Assembly: GCA_030704615.1 (NCBI GenBank)
Contig: CM060732.1
Coordinates: 17,546,001 to 17,610,000 of the forward strand
Direction: 5' to 3'
Length of the DNA: 64,000 nt
DNA from: Takakia lepidozioides
Taxonomy: Eukaryota; Plantae; Bryophyta
Within the stretch, counting starts at the first letter, position 1. Every line of letters starts with the position of its first letter. A program made the position numbers and the translations under genes. Shown in pieces: positions 49,254 through 62,626 of this stretch. The notes beneath the pieces were generated by a model, which saw nothing but the letters and a program-made list of their open reading frames with translations, did not search any database and had not been told where the DNA came from.

Positions 49254-50720
49254 GAGGTTTACTATTTCATGAGCAGAAACCATGAGCCATGAGCCATGAG
49301 CCGCATGAGCCGCATGAGCGGTGAGCCGAAGTCTAAGATACGCGGATTTCATGAGCGGACTCCTCCAAATTTGGAAATGCGGCAGATTAAACAAGTATTA
49401 AAATAATAGTTTTTTATTTGACCTTGCCGTTTTTGGACGTTCCAGATCATGTAATGCGGCGAAGATATGTCGTCAGTAACAAGTCCGCTCATGGTTTTTT
49501 AGATCCGCTCATGGAAATAAGTGACCGTGCAACGGGAAATCCAGTATACCACTGCAAAAGGACGACGCATACTGGCCTGTATAGAGTATTCCGCGGTTTT
49601 ACATGCCTTAACATTGGAATGAAGCTGACCCTTTTGCCGTGATTGAACCAATGGAGTCTGCACCAATACAGTCTGCAGTACTTCACAATTCTGTCTTCTT
49701 CGGGTATTCGGCGGGAAAGGTTTGCAACTGAACTGGGAAATAGGGTGCCGCATTAGGGTTCGCACGTGCAAAATTTCGGAGCGGTTTGGTGTTGGCGAAG
49801 GCCGCCTCTGGGGGTACCTACGACGATACTTGGAAATTCGGCGCCGCATTTCCTTGTCGGAGGTCGAATGAGGACAGCAAGTTTTCGGAAAGCAGAAAAA
49901 CATGAACCCTCCAACATACAAAATACATGCACGTGGAAACAAGTGAACGATATAGTAATATCTTAGTTCGAGCAAAACAGGTTACTGGTAGGCAAGACAT
50001 ATGTCGGACCTTTGTGTGGCCAGAGTCTGAGGTACTGGCAGCAGTACAGTTCTACTATCCGAAAAGGATGGGTGTACCATTGTATGTGGACCGCAAGCCA
50101 AGCTCACTGGTCCCCTGGATCCATATTCAGAAGAGTGTGAACCTCCTGGGGGCTCAACCCTGGTGCATGTATGAAGTGATGAGTTGTGGAATTACAACGG
50201 AGTCTCTTTAGGTACACGTAGTACAAATGCTTGCAAGGGCAGTATGATGCCCCCTTGTTCGCCATGATCTGGAAGTCGGTGCAATTGCAGGTGGGTAATT
50301 CTGAAATGGTGATGGTGTACACCTCATTGCGAACAGCTGAGCCCGCCGTGGCCATCTGATACACACGCCCGAATCCTGGTGGGGGCACTTCTGTCGAGCT
50401 CTGGATTGTACAGTTCATCCGAAGTGCATTCCCCATCCTTGTCTCGTTCACTTTTGAGGGAGGTCGCCGCCTCTTCGGTTTCCCCCAACGGTGTGTAGGA
50501 TGCTTAGAGCTGTCGTGTCCCATTGTTCTTGCTCTCACAGGGGTCGGTGGTGGAGGCTGTGGAAGCGGAAATGGTTGTCTGGGCACGTCAGTGCGCTGCA
50601 CCATCCGAAATCCTGCGGCGGTAAGGGCGTCGGCCTCAACCTGACTCAGATCGCAGCCTGGTTCCACCGGCCACACCGGGGGAGCCTCTGGCATTGTCTG
50701 TATGCCGTACTTGGGCTATT
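49254..50720. mobile_element. Mutator-like DNA element fragment 4 (terminus and 3' end of transposase)
   Basis: GAGGTTTACTATTTCATGAGC...(CATGAGC)n; palindrome GGAAATTCGGCGCCGCATTTCC at ~49832. Right boundary approximate. Confidence 0.85.
50104..50694 (-). pseudogene. Transposase C-terminus with SWIM finger
   Basis: PPVWPV...GFGRVY...PTCNCTDF..CKHLYYVYL, homologous to 34347-34991. Confidence 0.85.
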
Positions 50721-51351
50721 TAACATTAAAACAGGTCCTTCAGATGCAAGATAACATTTAGAGAGAGGGCAGAAAATATTCATATGGGTCATTTGGACCT
50801 TTTTTTTTTTTTTTTTGGACTATTGAAATGGCCATTTCAATATTGGAATGGGTCATTTGGACTATTGAAATGGCCGAATTTTCAATATTGAATTTAAGTC
50901 TGAATACTAGTACCATTTTTATTTTATTATTATTTTCTTAAAAACCATATCCGAGTTCATATTTCCAGGTTATTGACATTCAGATACTATTGCTCATATC
51001 CAGATTGATTGTTTTTTGAAAACCACCTATGTATACCAGATTCGTACTTGAAATTCAGGGGCTGCATTATTGGAAAACCTACCTGCCTTAAAATTTTTAG
51101 CACTACATATCCAGGGTCGACTGTAGCATATTCACATGATATTTTGAGAATGTATGGAATATGCCTGTCTGCTCGCGTAAGCAGGCTCACGCCAACCTGA
51201 GCGTGCTCACACACTACCGAACCTAATTTGGTTGGAATTTCTTTTCTTCACCAAACTTAGCTGTTACTGGAAAGTGCCGCGACAGCTGCTAACTTATTAG
51301 AGAGTCCAACTTGTTCAAAAAAAACTCAAAATGACAACCAAAACTCAACTG

Positions 51352-51728
51352 TCCCCTATCAATATATGAAGCGAGACATTTGTTTTGTTTGTTTTGTCAC
51401 GTCGAGATGTCCCAAACCGCGGGCCCAACATGGGTGCTTGGTACCGTTGGAAAGCCCTCGATGAGGAGGGGTGCACGGGCTTGGTCTCATGATTTTTGGA
51501 CATGCGGTGTGGGAGATGTGGAATTTCAAGTACTTTGGGTCGTCGGAAATTCGGGAAAAATAGCAAAGTGGGCATTCCTGGGACAATGGTTGGAGCCTTT
51601 ACAGGAGAGATATCAAGGGAAAGGTCTCCGGTTCAAATCTGGTCGTAGGATCTGTGGAAAAAAAATGATTAGACTTAGATGACAGAGATGACATTGGACA
51701 CTTGGGCCAACGGCACAGGCTACCCTAG
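51352..51728 (+). mobile_element. Short non-autonomous Helitron-like element
   Basis: 5' TC..CTATCAATATATGAAG; 3' imperfect hairpin TGGGCCAACGGCACA then CTAG|T. Confidence 0.5.
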
Positions 51729-52113
51729 TTGATGTTCTAAAATAAAATTTGCCATTAGGATTTTTTTCCAGCCAAATGTGATTTTATTTCTAATTATTCT
51801 CAATTCTCTAATTTATTTAATCAATTAACTAGGCGAACCCTTGAAACCCGCTACTATCTTCCAGCAACTACCCGGACCCTGACCTGACACCGTTTTCAGA
51901 TACCCGGACTCAGATTTTCCCAATTTCAAGGATCCGGATCCGGATCCGGACTTGGCTCTAGAAAAAAAAAACCCAAACCCGGACCCGGCAGGTTCCTTAA
52001 GAAGGCACAACCCGCACAACACTGGTTCAAACTTCAAACCAGCGTGCCGCCTCACTTCTGCTTCCGAGATTGGGCTCTGCCCCTAGGTCGAAAGGGGGTT
52101 TATTGGCCGTGCC

Positions 52114-52530
52114 CGACAGGGTAAGGACTACGCATCAAGTTGGCCAAAGTGACCTTAACCTTATATCATGGGTTGTTCCCATGAGACTTAATGGGAACAT
52201 GAAATTTTTTAGTTCACAGTTGGGCACATGTTACACTGCTGCCAGACAGGGTAGGGACGCATGGACTAGGGACTACGCATCAAGTTGGCCAAAGTGACCT
52301 TAACCTTACATCATGGGTTGTTCCCATGAGACTTAATGGGAACATGAAAATCTGTAGTTCCCAGTTGGGCACATGTTACACTTCATGCTGCCAGACAGGG
52401 TCGGGACGCAGGGACTAGGGACTACGCATCAAGTTGGCCAAAGTGCCCTTAACCTTATATCATGGGTTGTTCCCATGAGACTTAATGGGAACATGAAATT
52501 TCTTAGCTCCCAGTTGGGCACATGTTACCA
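52114..52530. repeat. ~146-bp tandem repeat x3 with internal inverted repeat TGTTCCCAT-N8-ATGGGAACA
   Basis: GGACTACGCATCAAGTTGGCC at ~52125, 52270 and 52419. Confidence 0.9.
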
Positions 52531-53980
52531 ATAAACAATGGCAGGGCCTCCGTGTATCTCACGCCTTGTTATTGCCCCACGAGTCAAGGCCCAGTTGCTG
52601 CTGGTCTGGGGCACTTGGAAACAAAAAAGAAAGAAAAGCTCAGATATATATGTAGAGTCTATATAGGGATGAAAACTGTAAGGTATCATTCATTACAAGT
52701 GATGGAGTCCATACTCCAAACATATTCAAAGTGAAGTCTGAAGATGAAGGGGGTGGCAGCAAGACCTATCTCTGTCTCTGGGGTCTCTGTCTCTTTATCT
52801 CTGTCTCTCTCTGTGCATTGCAGGTGAGGTGTCGCTGGCGCGGGAATTGAATGCAACGCCGCTGCGGGCACGATGATGGCCACCGAGATAGCAGTGGAGG
52901 TGGAACTGCGTTGAAGCAACCTTCAGGCCTTGCACAATTATGGCGAGTCCAACATCCACGGCAAAGGACGCGTCCGAGCCTCCAAAACCATGGGATGCTG
53001 GAGTGTAGGTCATCTGACCATTTTTGCACCATTTGGGGTGGAGGTTGTTGTGTTGTGTTTTGGAAATTTAAAAGCTCGCAAGGTTGAGTATTCTTCACAG
53101 ACTCCTCCATTCATAGAACTCTGCCTGATGTGTGGTTTCTTAGACGCGATCAGTGCCCAGATCATCCGCCCAAGAGAAGGTTGTTTCCCAAGCCGGATGT
53201 GGTGTACTTGGTTCTTTGTCTTAGCTTATTGGTTTTTCCGGCAAGGCGATTGCAAGAGCAGAAGAAGTTTGTCCAAGCCTCGCTGAAACTGCCAGCCAAT
53301 TACATGTCATGAGACATTTCTGTAGTCTTTGGAGAATGCAAGAGCCTTCTCTCTTATTTGCAGAAGCACACCAACAACATTTTCCACTAGTCTAAAATTC
53401 TTCTCAAGGGCTTATGACACTGTTAACCCCAATGCAACCTTGTGCATCTGTTCTCCTAGACATGAGAACGTGAGGTGCAACCAGATTAAGGTGTATAAAT
53501 TACCCATAACAAGCTGTCAGCCACCTGGTTAACCGGATGTTTTCCCCCCTTTAGTGCCCAACAATATGAAAGTCCAGCAATTGTGGATCCCTGTCCATGC
53601 ATTCACTGGTGGCCTCAGGGTCAAGGTTGGTGTGTGCAATCCTCAAAGCTGATGTACTCCATGTACCAACAAGCTGTCGCACAAGTCAAACCTCCTTCAA
53701 AGTTTGATGTGGAAGAATCTCCTTTGAATGTAAACATGTTCTTCCATTCACTCCGTGATTCATGAACCCTAGGCAGTATAGGCATTTTCACTCCCATTGC
53801 CTTCAATAATGGCTTCCAATGGACATCCCATTAGTCTTTGGTAAGGTAACGAAGCTTTAATCCTGTTATGTTACACCAAAGGCAGGAGGGCTGTACTATT
53901 TCAGGTTGACACTCCAGCTGAGCAAGCTGTAAAAGTCAAATTCTGCCCTAGATGGCTAACACACTTATTCATTGTTGTAG

Positions 53981-56900
53981 GTGTGGACTCTGTGGAGGCA
54001 ATTCAGACGGGGAGCTTCCGAAGGAGTTGTTTCCAGACCCATTTGATAGGAGGGAATGTTCTGTTGACCTGCCAAAGGATGGGGCTGCCTCTGCTGACAA
54101 TAGTTGGACATTCAGTAAAGAGGACGGATTTGGGGCAGAGAAAGGTTGGCTAGGGCGGCTCTTGGGCCCTCTGGGTGAGCATGTTGGTGTTGCTGGAGCA
54201 TGGGTGCATGAAAACTGTGCCATTTGGAGTCCTGAGGTGGTTGTCTTCTTCAGTTCTTCTCTTTAGATTACCCAAAGAAACTGCATCTGTCTGAGTAGAT
54301 CAGTGGATCATGCCATTGCAGTCAGAGCATAGAAGGGAATACGGCTTGCTTGTACAGCTGGTTCTGTGTCTGTTTCTGTCTCCTCCCCAATGCCCCAACT
54401 CCTCACCTTCAGAAAAGAGGACGTTTATCCTATAGTTTCTATTTGCTTGTTTGGCTGATAGAGTCTAGTAGTTGGATAAACTTCAGTGTAACTTCAATTT
54501 CTTGGTCCTGAAAGTAACTGAGGTTATGGATGGTACTGAATGCAGGTATATTTTTCCGGAGTTGGGCGCTTAAAGAATGTCAAAGCAGCGGTTCGGCGAG
54601 GGCGCTGTCTTAAATGCAGTCACTGCAACCAACCAGGGGCAACTATTGGATGCCGAGTTGATCGATGTCCCCATAATTACCACCTGGTGAAGGACCGACG
54701 TTTCTGATTTAGAAAGATTTTACTAACTGTACTTGGCTCCTATATGAATGTAAAACAGGTACTAGGGTGCTGCATTCAGTGTGTCTGTGTTAGGCTCCTG
54801 CTGTGCTATGTTTGGAGGTCATTCTGTAAACTCTCTTTAGTCTTTCTTTGGGTTAACAGATATGTGTTGGTGGCTGATCCCAGCCATGTGCTCGGTTTGA
54901 GGGTTGTCTTTTCAACCACCGAAAGTATCTCGTGGCCTGCTCCGACCATGGCCACCTGTTCCGCTCTCAGCGCAAGAAGAGGTCATGGTTCAGAAGAGAT
55001 CCTTCCAACATGGGCTATCCTCAAATGGGGGAAGGCAGCTTAATGAATCTGGAGCGACCAAGATTTTCAAGATCTGAGAGAAGAGCAGCTGCGGCTGCTG
55101 CACTGCTGAAGGACCTTGAAGCTGAAGAGAAATGGGTGGAGAAATCTGGTGAGGATGAAGAGTTTGTGAGGCGTGAGCGCAAACGATTGCAACGAGATTT
55201 GGCACAAATTTCTCCTGTCAAACTTGGTGGGCGGTCAATGAATCAAGACAACAATCACTTTCCTGAAGGCTGGGAGTCTGTGGCAGGTTTACAAGATGTG
55301 GTACAATGTATGAAAGAATTGGTTACACTACCTCTCCTTTACCCGGAGGCCTTTCGAAGGTGTCTGACCTCAACATGAGCAGTTTGTTTTTAGCATGCTT
55401 TGAGTTGATACTGTTGTAGGCGGTGGCAGCATTTGGTTCATTGTATTTTTCCTCTTCAAGCTTGGCACCTGTGATCAGGGCTTGACTGTGGTTGCATTCA
55501 ATGCTAGCCTGTCCTCACCACATGCCTTGTACAGTTGCTCTCCAAAATCTTTAAGAGCCTCGGATGGCTTTGTTTTCCTGGATTTGCAAACCTTTTGGGC
55601 TTCAGATCTTAGTGTATAGTGACACGATCTATGTTCTGTGGTCTCGAATCCAAAGAAGAGCAATGCCCACTCTATTGGATCTGAATTTGCTTGGAGAAGC
55701 AAAAAATTTTAAACATGTTTGTGCTATTACTTGTACTCTCAGAGCAAGTTGTATTCAAAGTTCAGAAATTCCCAATGCCTTGGTAAGCATAAATCATTTA
55801 AAATTGCAGGTTCTCACTTTTGTTTCAAACTCTAATCTGGTTATTTCTACTTCTCTTCCCATGTGTGACTGTCCCAAGGCTGTTGTCATAGAGTTGGACA
55901 GAGCAGTATATTGCCGTATGTCTTAGTCTCCGGCCGACGTCGGGAGTCCTTTAAGGCGGTTTATCGTTGTTCTACTTTCTACCTTGGGCCCTTGGGGCCT
56001 CCGGTGGACATTCGCAGTTCCTTCTTCATCCTCTGTATCTTCTACCCGCCTAGGGTCCTCTGGCTTTACCTGGTATGACAAACTGATATTAATCTAGTGT
56101 TTGCCTCAATGACAGGCTCGGAATATCACCTCCACGGGGGGTGCTCCTCCATGGTCACCCTGGAACTGGAAAAACTCTTGTCGTTCGTGCTTTAGCAGGG
56201 GCATGCTCGCGTGGAGCCCATGAAGTCGCCTACTTTGCACGCAAGGGGGCGGACATCTTGGGCAAGTATGTTGGTGACTCAGAGCGTCAGTTACGATTAC
56301 TATTCCAGGTTGCTGAACAATGCCAACCGGCCATTATCTTCTTTGATGAGATTGATGGACTTGCCCCCAGCAGGTGTGGGGACCGTGATCAGACACAGAG
56401 TTCTGTTGTTTCTACTCTCTTAGCTCTCATGGACGGCCTAAGCTCACGAGGCTCAGTTGTGGTCATAGGGGCTACCAATCGTCCTGATGCCCTGGACCCT
56501 GCTCTTCGTCGCCCTGGACGGTTTGACCGTGAGATCTACTTTCCACTTCCATCGACGCTCGACCGTGGGGCAATCCTGAGCCTTCATACACGCACCTGGA
56601 CCCCCCGACCATCAGCTGAGATTCTTTCTGTTGTGGCGAAAGCAACACCTGGATTTGCGGGAGCAGACTTGCAAGCTCTCTGTGTTGAGGCAAGCATGAT
56701 GGCGCTTCGAAGAGTTATGCCCTTGAAGGAATTGCTGGATGCTGCAGAGGAGGGCACGCTAGGAAGCGAATTACCAATTCTTCCAACCATCCAGGTACAT
56801 GGTCTCTTGGCAGTAATATCAGGGCCGATCATTATAGGTTCACTAAGATAATTGTACCAGCTTTTGTAGTTGAAATTCGTCTTAAGCTTATACGGACCCT

Positions 56901-59900
56901 GTTTTGACTTATGACCATATTATGTCAGATGAAACTTAGTGGCAGCTAACCTGTGTGCAATGATGGCATCGCATATATGACATTGTAGGACAGTGTGTGA
57001 CTGACAAATCTACTTGTGTAGGTAAGGGCGAGTGATTGGGCAACAGCATTAGCTCGCGCTCCTTCCCCATGTTCACGAAGGCTTGCTTCAGCTTCGTTGT
57101 GTCAAGTCCCGGCAGCCCCCCTCCCTAGACACCTGGTCCCCATCCTTCTACCAGCTGTGGTGGAAGTACTTTTAACTCTTGGCCTTGATGGCCGAGCAGG
57201 GCTGCCCCCACTACTTGCTAAAGCAGTTTCATTAATTGAACTCATCCTGAAGTCTTCAAGAGAGGGTGGGATCAAATCTGGAATCACAGAGCCTGGTGTT
57301 CCTGCAAACCAGCTGTCCCTTGTCCGAGACAGCTTCAAGCAGACAGCAACTAGTTTAGGTGAAATGTTGGAGGATGCTCTTGTTAATGTGGGGATTGTGG
57401 GGGACATACTTGGTATCTCCTCTTTAACCGGCCCTCTTTCTTCTGGTTTGTCACCAGAAGATTCCAACTTGATCAGTAGTCATGGACTAGAGAAGGATGC
57501 TCATGACCACAAAAGAGCTGGAGGCTCCAGGCCTGTTTGTCAGCTGAAGGATGGCTTGTGCAAGAACACATCAGATGTGTCAGAGTGTGATTGTAAGAAG
57601 AAATGGAGAGGGGGGAGATTTCGGGTGTTGTTATTGGGGGGTGCAAACCAGGGTCAGAGACTGGTGGCGGGGGCCATTTTTCATGGGTTTGAAGGGCTGG
57701 CTCAAATGCGAACTATGAGTCTGCCCGCCATGCTGATGGAAGGAGGTGGAGATATGGAGCAGGGTCTTATTTGCATTTTAGGTCAGCAAGACTAACCCAT
57801 CACACACCTAAATTTCTAGGGTTGATACTATGTGCACTGGTCAACTCTTGACTCCACAAACTCATTTTCATCCTTTTACTCCTCAAGAAACCAGGGCTGG
57901 GTTTCGAATGACCTTTGGGCTGCTCCCAGGTGTGTAGGTGTACATCAAGTATCAGTGTACACTAATGTGCCACTGGTCTGCTGTAAACTATTTAACTCTG
58001 GGGCTTTGTGTGTAGATAGCGGGTCTTGAAGCTACCTGCATGGGAGTCAGGCATTGCTGGGTGGGATATGCTATTCTGAAGAACCTAAAGAGAGAAAAAG
58101 AAACTTTATAGTGTCCACAAGGGGCCCCGAGGTAGAGGAGTGAGCTAGTGAAGTATGGAATGTACTTACAAGATGGCCATAGACCCCGCGCTCAATTTGG
58201 GCGAAACAAGAGGGAACAGACACTACCTTCGTGAAGGGCTCACTCTAGTAGTGGGACTCACCTTGGTATAAGCATTTGGTTGGGGCTTTCCAGATTTCCT
58301 CTAGAAATCCCTTCACACAAGCATCAAACTGCTGTGTGTGAGCTGCCCAGCCCATTAGACTCCAACACGGCCAGGGCTTTAGGCTCGGCCTCGAGAATTT
58401 TGAAAGTTGGTGAACACGGTGCAGGGACTATGTTCTTGATGGAAAAAGACAAAGTTTATAATGTCCACAGAGGGCCACAACGATCCTTGGGATCCAATCT
58501 CTTACAACTGTCTTGAGTCTGTGCTTGAAGGGCTGTATGCTGGTGTTTTGTGACTTTTGTCTCTTCCCCCCTTCTGTTGGGGCTGTCTTTTCTAGGAACG
58601 TGGTTTGCTTGACTGTTCCACATCTGTTGATTGATGTTTTCCCATGGGGTGATGCAGGAGAGGCAAGGCGCACAGCACCATGTGTGGTATATATGCCACA
58701 GATTGAGCACTGGGTCTTGCAGAGAGTTCTAGATGACCCTGAGTCTGGAGAGGCCTATCAGGAGAAACCAAAACTGGAGATTGCACATACAGCAGCACGG
58801 AGAGATCCCGGCAGAGCTCAGCAGAAAGGCAAGCCCAAGAAGGATGCCTCAACAATGACAGTGTCAAGCGCATGGAGACTCATGAAGCAGCAGTTGCAAT
58901 CCATGCCACCTGATATATCCCTCATGCTTTTGGTGAGCAAACATCATGTCAGGATTCATTTTTCCACACATGCAAACCTTAGCTTCACTTAGAACTGCAA
59001 CTATGGCCTTAGGTACATAAAAAGTAAATGATTGGATGGTCCATTAGGTTTATTTACTTGATGCAAGGTTTTTTTCAGGATCTCAGTGCATCTGGATGTT
59101 GTGTTTGTTTCTGTTGCTAAACAGGCAACCAGTGAAGCTGGCATTGAAACACTACCCCAGGAAGTTGTGAGCTTCTTCTCCTCTAGTACAGAGGGGGCCT
59201 TGGGCAAGTCATCTTCACAAAGGACACCTGCTACCCCATGTGTGTCTGTAGGACTCTGCTCCCCAGAGGACACCAAGGGACTGTTGGATAGGGCGTCAAA
59301 AGAAATTGCGAGAGCCATGGCTCATGCATTTGCCCGCCGGGTTGTTCAATGTAGGGAGGGATACAGTAGAAAATCTGAGGAGAAGCCGAGGCTGAGGACA
59401 GCTGGCAATGCTGGGTTGCTATCATCTCTAAAGCAATCCTCGGAAGAGAGTTGGGTAGTTGCAGGTAGGAACCTGCACATGGACATAAAAGGAGGCCTAG
59501 GGAGGGACTTGGGCTTTGGTCTGACAAAACCTGTGTTGAATCTTGGAGAGGACATAGTAAAGGCAATCGGCTTTGGAGTGCAAGTTGGACTGGATGTGGG
59601 AAGAGGTGTGGGTATGGACTGGATAAAAACCAGGGAGGATGGGCGAGGTGATTGCAGTAGAGAGATTCGGGACTTGGAAAGTGGCCTGACACCTGTATTG
59701 AATCTGGGAGATGATGTTATAAAGGCAATCAGCTTGGGAGTGCAGGTGGGGCTAGATTTGCGAAGTGGGGTGGGGAATGACAGGATAAAACCTAGGGAGG
59801 ATGTGGGAGGCGATTTCACTAGAGAGACCAGGGAAGGCATGGGAGGAGTTGAATTGGGGCACGATCCAACATTAAACTTGAGAACAGACTTGGTTTGCAA

Positions 59901-62626
59901 CTTGGATGGAGACTTGGGAGCAGATGCAGGAGATCCTCTGCTTCATAATTTGAGTAGGGACTGGGAGGGGTGCTGGCAGAAAGATGAGAGGAAGGAAGTC
60001 TCCACAATGAATATGGAAGTGAAATTGTCTTTGCCGAATGGAACAGATGACAGAGCAGCAAAAGATGGAAATGTTGAGACTGTTGCTCCTACCCTAGGTC
60101 TTGATCTTCCGCACTTTCTTACCTGTAGATTGAAAGCACCAAAACTGCAAAGTTGTCTCCAAATAGTTGTTACCATTATTGTTTTTGGTAGAATGACATT
60201 TCAGTACAAGCTATTTTATTTGACCAGGAAGTAGTTTTTCTAAGCAGCTGGGCTGAGCTGCCGCCGCTGCTGCACTGACTTGTTTCACCTTGAATATTAT
60301 AATCTTGTCGGGCTTGCAGATGAGAATATGCCAATGGATGTCTATGCGGGGGCAGAAAACATGGATCGTGCTGGCAACCAAAATAAGTTGCATGGGCAAG
60401 AGAAGACTCTGGATGTCCCTGAACATGGAGGTGACCCAGAGAAAGAGGGAATTTCGGAGGAGTTTGAGGCCTCGAATTCTCCAGTAAACTGGTCACTTGA
60501 GCACAAGGTCTTTCAGAGTGCGATTGCATATTGTGGATACCTACTTCTGTGTGATCCACGACTTGCAGAGCTACGCAGCGCCACGGCAGTGTTGAAGTCG
60601 GCACCAGCTGTTAACATCCATGACCTACCAAATGGGAAGACTGAAAACTCGTTTGATTGGGCGAATCTTGAGTTTAGGATGGGCAATGGGAGAGGGAGCA
60701 GGCGATATGGTAAAGAGATGGAGATGGAAATTGTTCGGGGGCTGGTCGCTGTGGGTCTCAAGGCACAGAGGGGTGTCTATCGTACTGGGCGGGAGGTTGA
60801 ATTTGAGTTGCAGCGAGTAATTGAGCTCCTGTACAACCGAGTGCAGGAAAAGATTGACAGTGGGAAAGACGGCTTGCAATACTTGCATCTCACAACGCAG
60901 GCAGCTACACTCTTGGACCTTATGGCGTCCTGGGTGTATGAAGTTCGCAAGTGGGTTTCTTGTTACCACCCTGTACTTTCCCTAATTCTCTGCATTCTAG
61001 AGGAAGAATCGGAGAAAACTTTCTGGTACACAGTGAATACCTCTTTTCCCTTGAAAGATCAGGGCCTCACCAATTCCATAGCTGATGAAGGTAGATTTTG
61101 AGGCAGGATGAACAGAATCCTGTAGTGATAGACCAATTTACCAAGGAGCATTTTAAAGTTGATATAAAGGTCGAGGTACAGCTATTCTTGTACCTTTGGT
61201 GCTTGTCATCTCCTGGCAGCCTGCTCTTACAGTCTGCACTTTCCATGATTTGCCATTTGTTCTGTCTGCTTTACCGTCTTGATAGACTCAATTTCACGCT
61301 GAAACTGCTGGGCATTAACGATGTTGCAATGTGTCTAGGTTGGAGTTGGCTGCCAACATGCACAACTCTCCTATATCGAAGAGTATTTTCAATTTTGAAG
61401 ACAGTAAATCCCCACTAGAGCACGACTGGCAAGGGGGATCTGGCCTTTCCTCTTCTCAGGGGACGGATGGGGGGTGCACACTGAAGTCCTCAAAGGGATC
61501 TCAAGTTCTCAATGTCACGTCACTGCCAGATGGACCCAGTGAAGGCAACTCTGGACAACCAAATTGTGAGAAAGAGGATGGTTTAGGTTTGCATGACCCT
61601 GCCTCGCCGGCTGCCGCAGACAGTGAGAAGGCTCAATGTGCTGCTGAGACAGATATAGTTGATGGAAGGCCAGGTGCTTCCAATTGGGTACAGGGAGATC
61701 TGGAAAGGTCCTCAGAGGTGGGTGAGGCATTGATGAATAGAAGCCTTCAACCCAGCAGTCACCCTCCAATTTCTCTTCTCTCAAACGTTTGTGTTCCCTT
61801 ACCAACAAATCCAAAGGACTTTCGTTGTGGTCCACAGGGATCTTGTGACGTGCTGTTGATGACCGATAGGGAGGCTTCACCAACACAAGCTAAATTCGCT
61901 TCCATCGATAAAGATCGAGAGGGCCTAAACGCTCCAGTAGAAGAAGAAGAAGCCTTACGTTCACCAGTTCCTCAGCACTGCCCAACAACAGCATCCACGC
62001 TGCAAACAAAACCAAAGCGACAATTTGTTCAATATAAATCTGAGTGTCTCCATCGTCTTGAATCTGCAGTTAAGTCCCTCCTTGAAAATTTGGTTAAAGA
62101 AGAGGGAGCAATAACTTCAGTTGAAGCTTTGCATGACCTGATGAATGGTTGTGCGGGGTTGGCCGTGGCAGCCTCCCAAAATCTCTTGGGTAGCAGTGGT
62201 CGGACTAGAAACACAGCTCAAATGATTTTGAAACATTTGGACTCAAACTGCCATTGTGGAGTTGATATACCTTCTGGAAGAGAGGGCTCTGACAAAGGGA
62301 CCGTTATTACCTCGGGACGTCCAGTCTCCAATGGCATTAGCACAATTTCGTCCGAATGGACGTCTGCAAGGCATGGTGGAGCTCCTGTTAGTACCAAGAG
62401 AAAAAGGACAATCAAGGTGCGAAATAGTGATGTTGCAGCCCAACCTTCAAGGAAGCGCGCAGTTTCTTTCCTTGTCAACACTCCTTTTCCAGCACCTGTA
62501 CAGCCTTTGAAGCAGATGAGCAGCCAAGAGCCCTTCGTATGTCTGAGTCCTCTGGTTAAGGTAGTTACGAATCTGATGCCAAGGTTGGGACATGAGACGA
62601 TGTCCAAAGGAGGAGCTCCGTCATGA
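53981..62626 (+). CDS. Host gene: extended-PHD zinc finger + AAA ATPase (ATAD2 family, similar to Arabidopsis BRP1/At3g15120); 5' exons not resolved
   Basis: Phase-consistent GT-AG exons 53981-54236, 54546-54686, 54884-55359, 56116-56794, 57022-57781, 58658-58932, 59125-60097, 60320-60950, 61339-62626. Motifs: CGLC..WVHENCAIWSPEVY..GATIGC..YHLPCA; GHPGTGKT; IIFFDEIDG; GATNRPD..LRRPGRFDRE. Confidence 0.88.

Noticed and set aside
52824-53082. First coding exon of the ATPase gene
   Set aside because: Splice-like signals exist, but I could not establish a phase match to exon 53981 or any recognisable similarity; it may be UTR.
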